Assembly: GCA_013698165.1 (NCBI GenBank) | Contig: JACCVN010000363.1 | Span: 1 to 25,977, forward strand | Direction of reading: 5' to 3' | Length of the DNA stretch: 25,977 nucleotides | DNA from: Parachlamydiaceae bacterium | Lineage (GTDB): Bacteria > Chlamydiota > Chlamydiia > Chlamydiales > Parachlamydiaceae | In this document: positions 25,581 through 25,977 of the stretch, one piece after another | Layout of the letters: the number at the start of each line of letters is the position of its first letter | Numbering within the stretch: position 1 is the stretch's first letter | Made by a program: the position numbers and the translations under genes | Notes under the pieces: generated by a model | Database searches by the model: none | Seen by the model: only the letters and a program-made list of their open reading frames with translations | What the model was told of the DNA's origin: nothing

Positions 25581-25960
25581 AGCCGCAAAATGCAGCACTT
25601 GTAGTCTAACGTAAGTAAATTTGGAGCTCGAAGGGGCAGCTGCCGCCGCCGCATTCGCGGCTTTAAATTTATTTTTGTTAAACCACTGGCATAGGCCTTA
25701 TCATTACCCATATTTCAAAATCTAGGGTTAGATAAAAGAGAATATTAGCAACCCGCAGCTGCGGCTCTCTTCGCTATCGCTCGCAAGCCTTGCTACGGGC
25801 TAGGGTGTTGTTTTTGTGCAAAAAATTGGGTTTTTTATTCACATGAATTTAAGTATATTTAGGTATAACCTATTTAAGGTAATGTATTGCGATATACTTC
25901 ACAAATGAACCTCTAGCCGCGAAATGCGGCGACAGCATGTAGCCACACGCGTAAGTGTGG
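25581..25960. repeat. Cluster of short GC-rich hairpins / REP-like elements
   Basis: GCCGC-GAAAT-GCGGC (25916-25930), GTAG+CCACAC-GCGTAA-GTGTGG (25939-25960), inverted near-copy at 25647-25662, degenerate direct copy at 25581-25596, palindrome CCGCAGCTGCGG at 25753-25764. Confidence 0.6.
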
Positions 25961-25977
25961 TAGACCAAGTTGTAGAG

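Overview
The window looks like an environmental Chlamydiota chromosome segment. This is inferred from a CPAF-type protease, a tandem pair of NTT/TLC nucleotide transporters, the uppS-cdsA-cmk block and CCA-less tRNA genes. Left to right: a REP/REPIN-like palindromic tandem array at the left edge; tRNA-Glu and tRNA-Lys with a terminator; two AT-rich, effector-like orphan genes (a divergent Ser/Thr kinase, and an alpha/beta hydrolase with a Cys at the nucleophile position that is bracketed by an exact 67-bp direct repeat); potABCD; a membrane protein plus a GT2 rhamnosyltransferase-like gene; a GNAT-domain orphan; uppS-cdsA-cmk followed by a SAM methyltransferase; a 64-aa ORF followed by a ~160-nt structured non-coding RNA candidate (6S-like); clpC-CPAF; two NTT genes; an unannotated start-less VOC/glyoxalase-like gene remnant; a secreted S1/P1 nuclease; and a second cluster of GC-rich REP-like hairpins at the right edge. 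The strongest leads are the ncRNA candidate at 16250-16410, the GTAG-type REPIN array, the direct-repeat-flanked Cys-hydrolase cassette, and the NTT-NTT-(remnant)-nuclease junction. All family assignments come from motif recognition by eye; no searches or folding programs were run.
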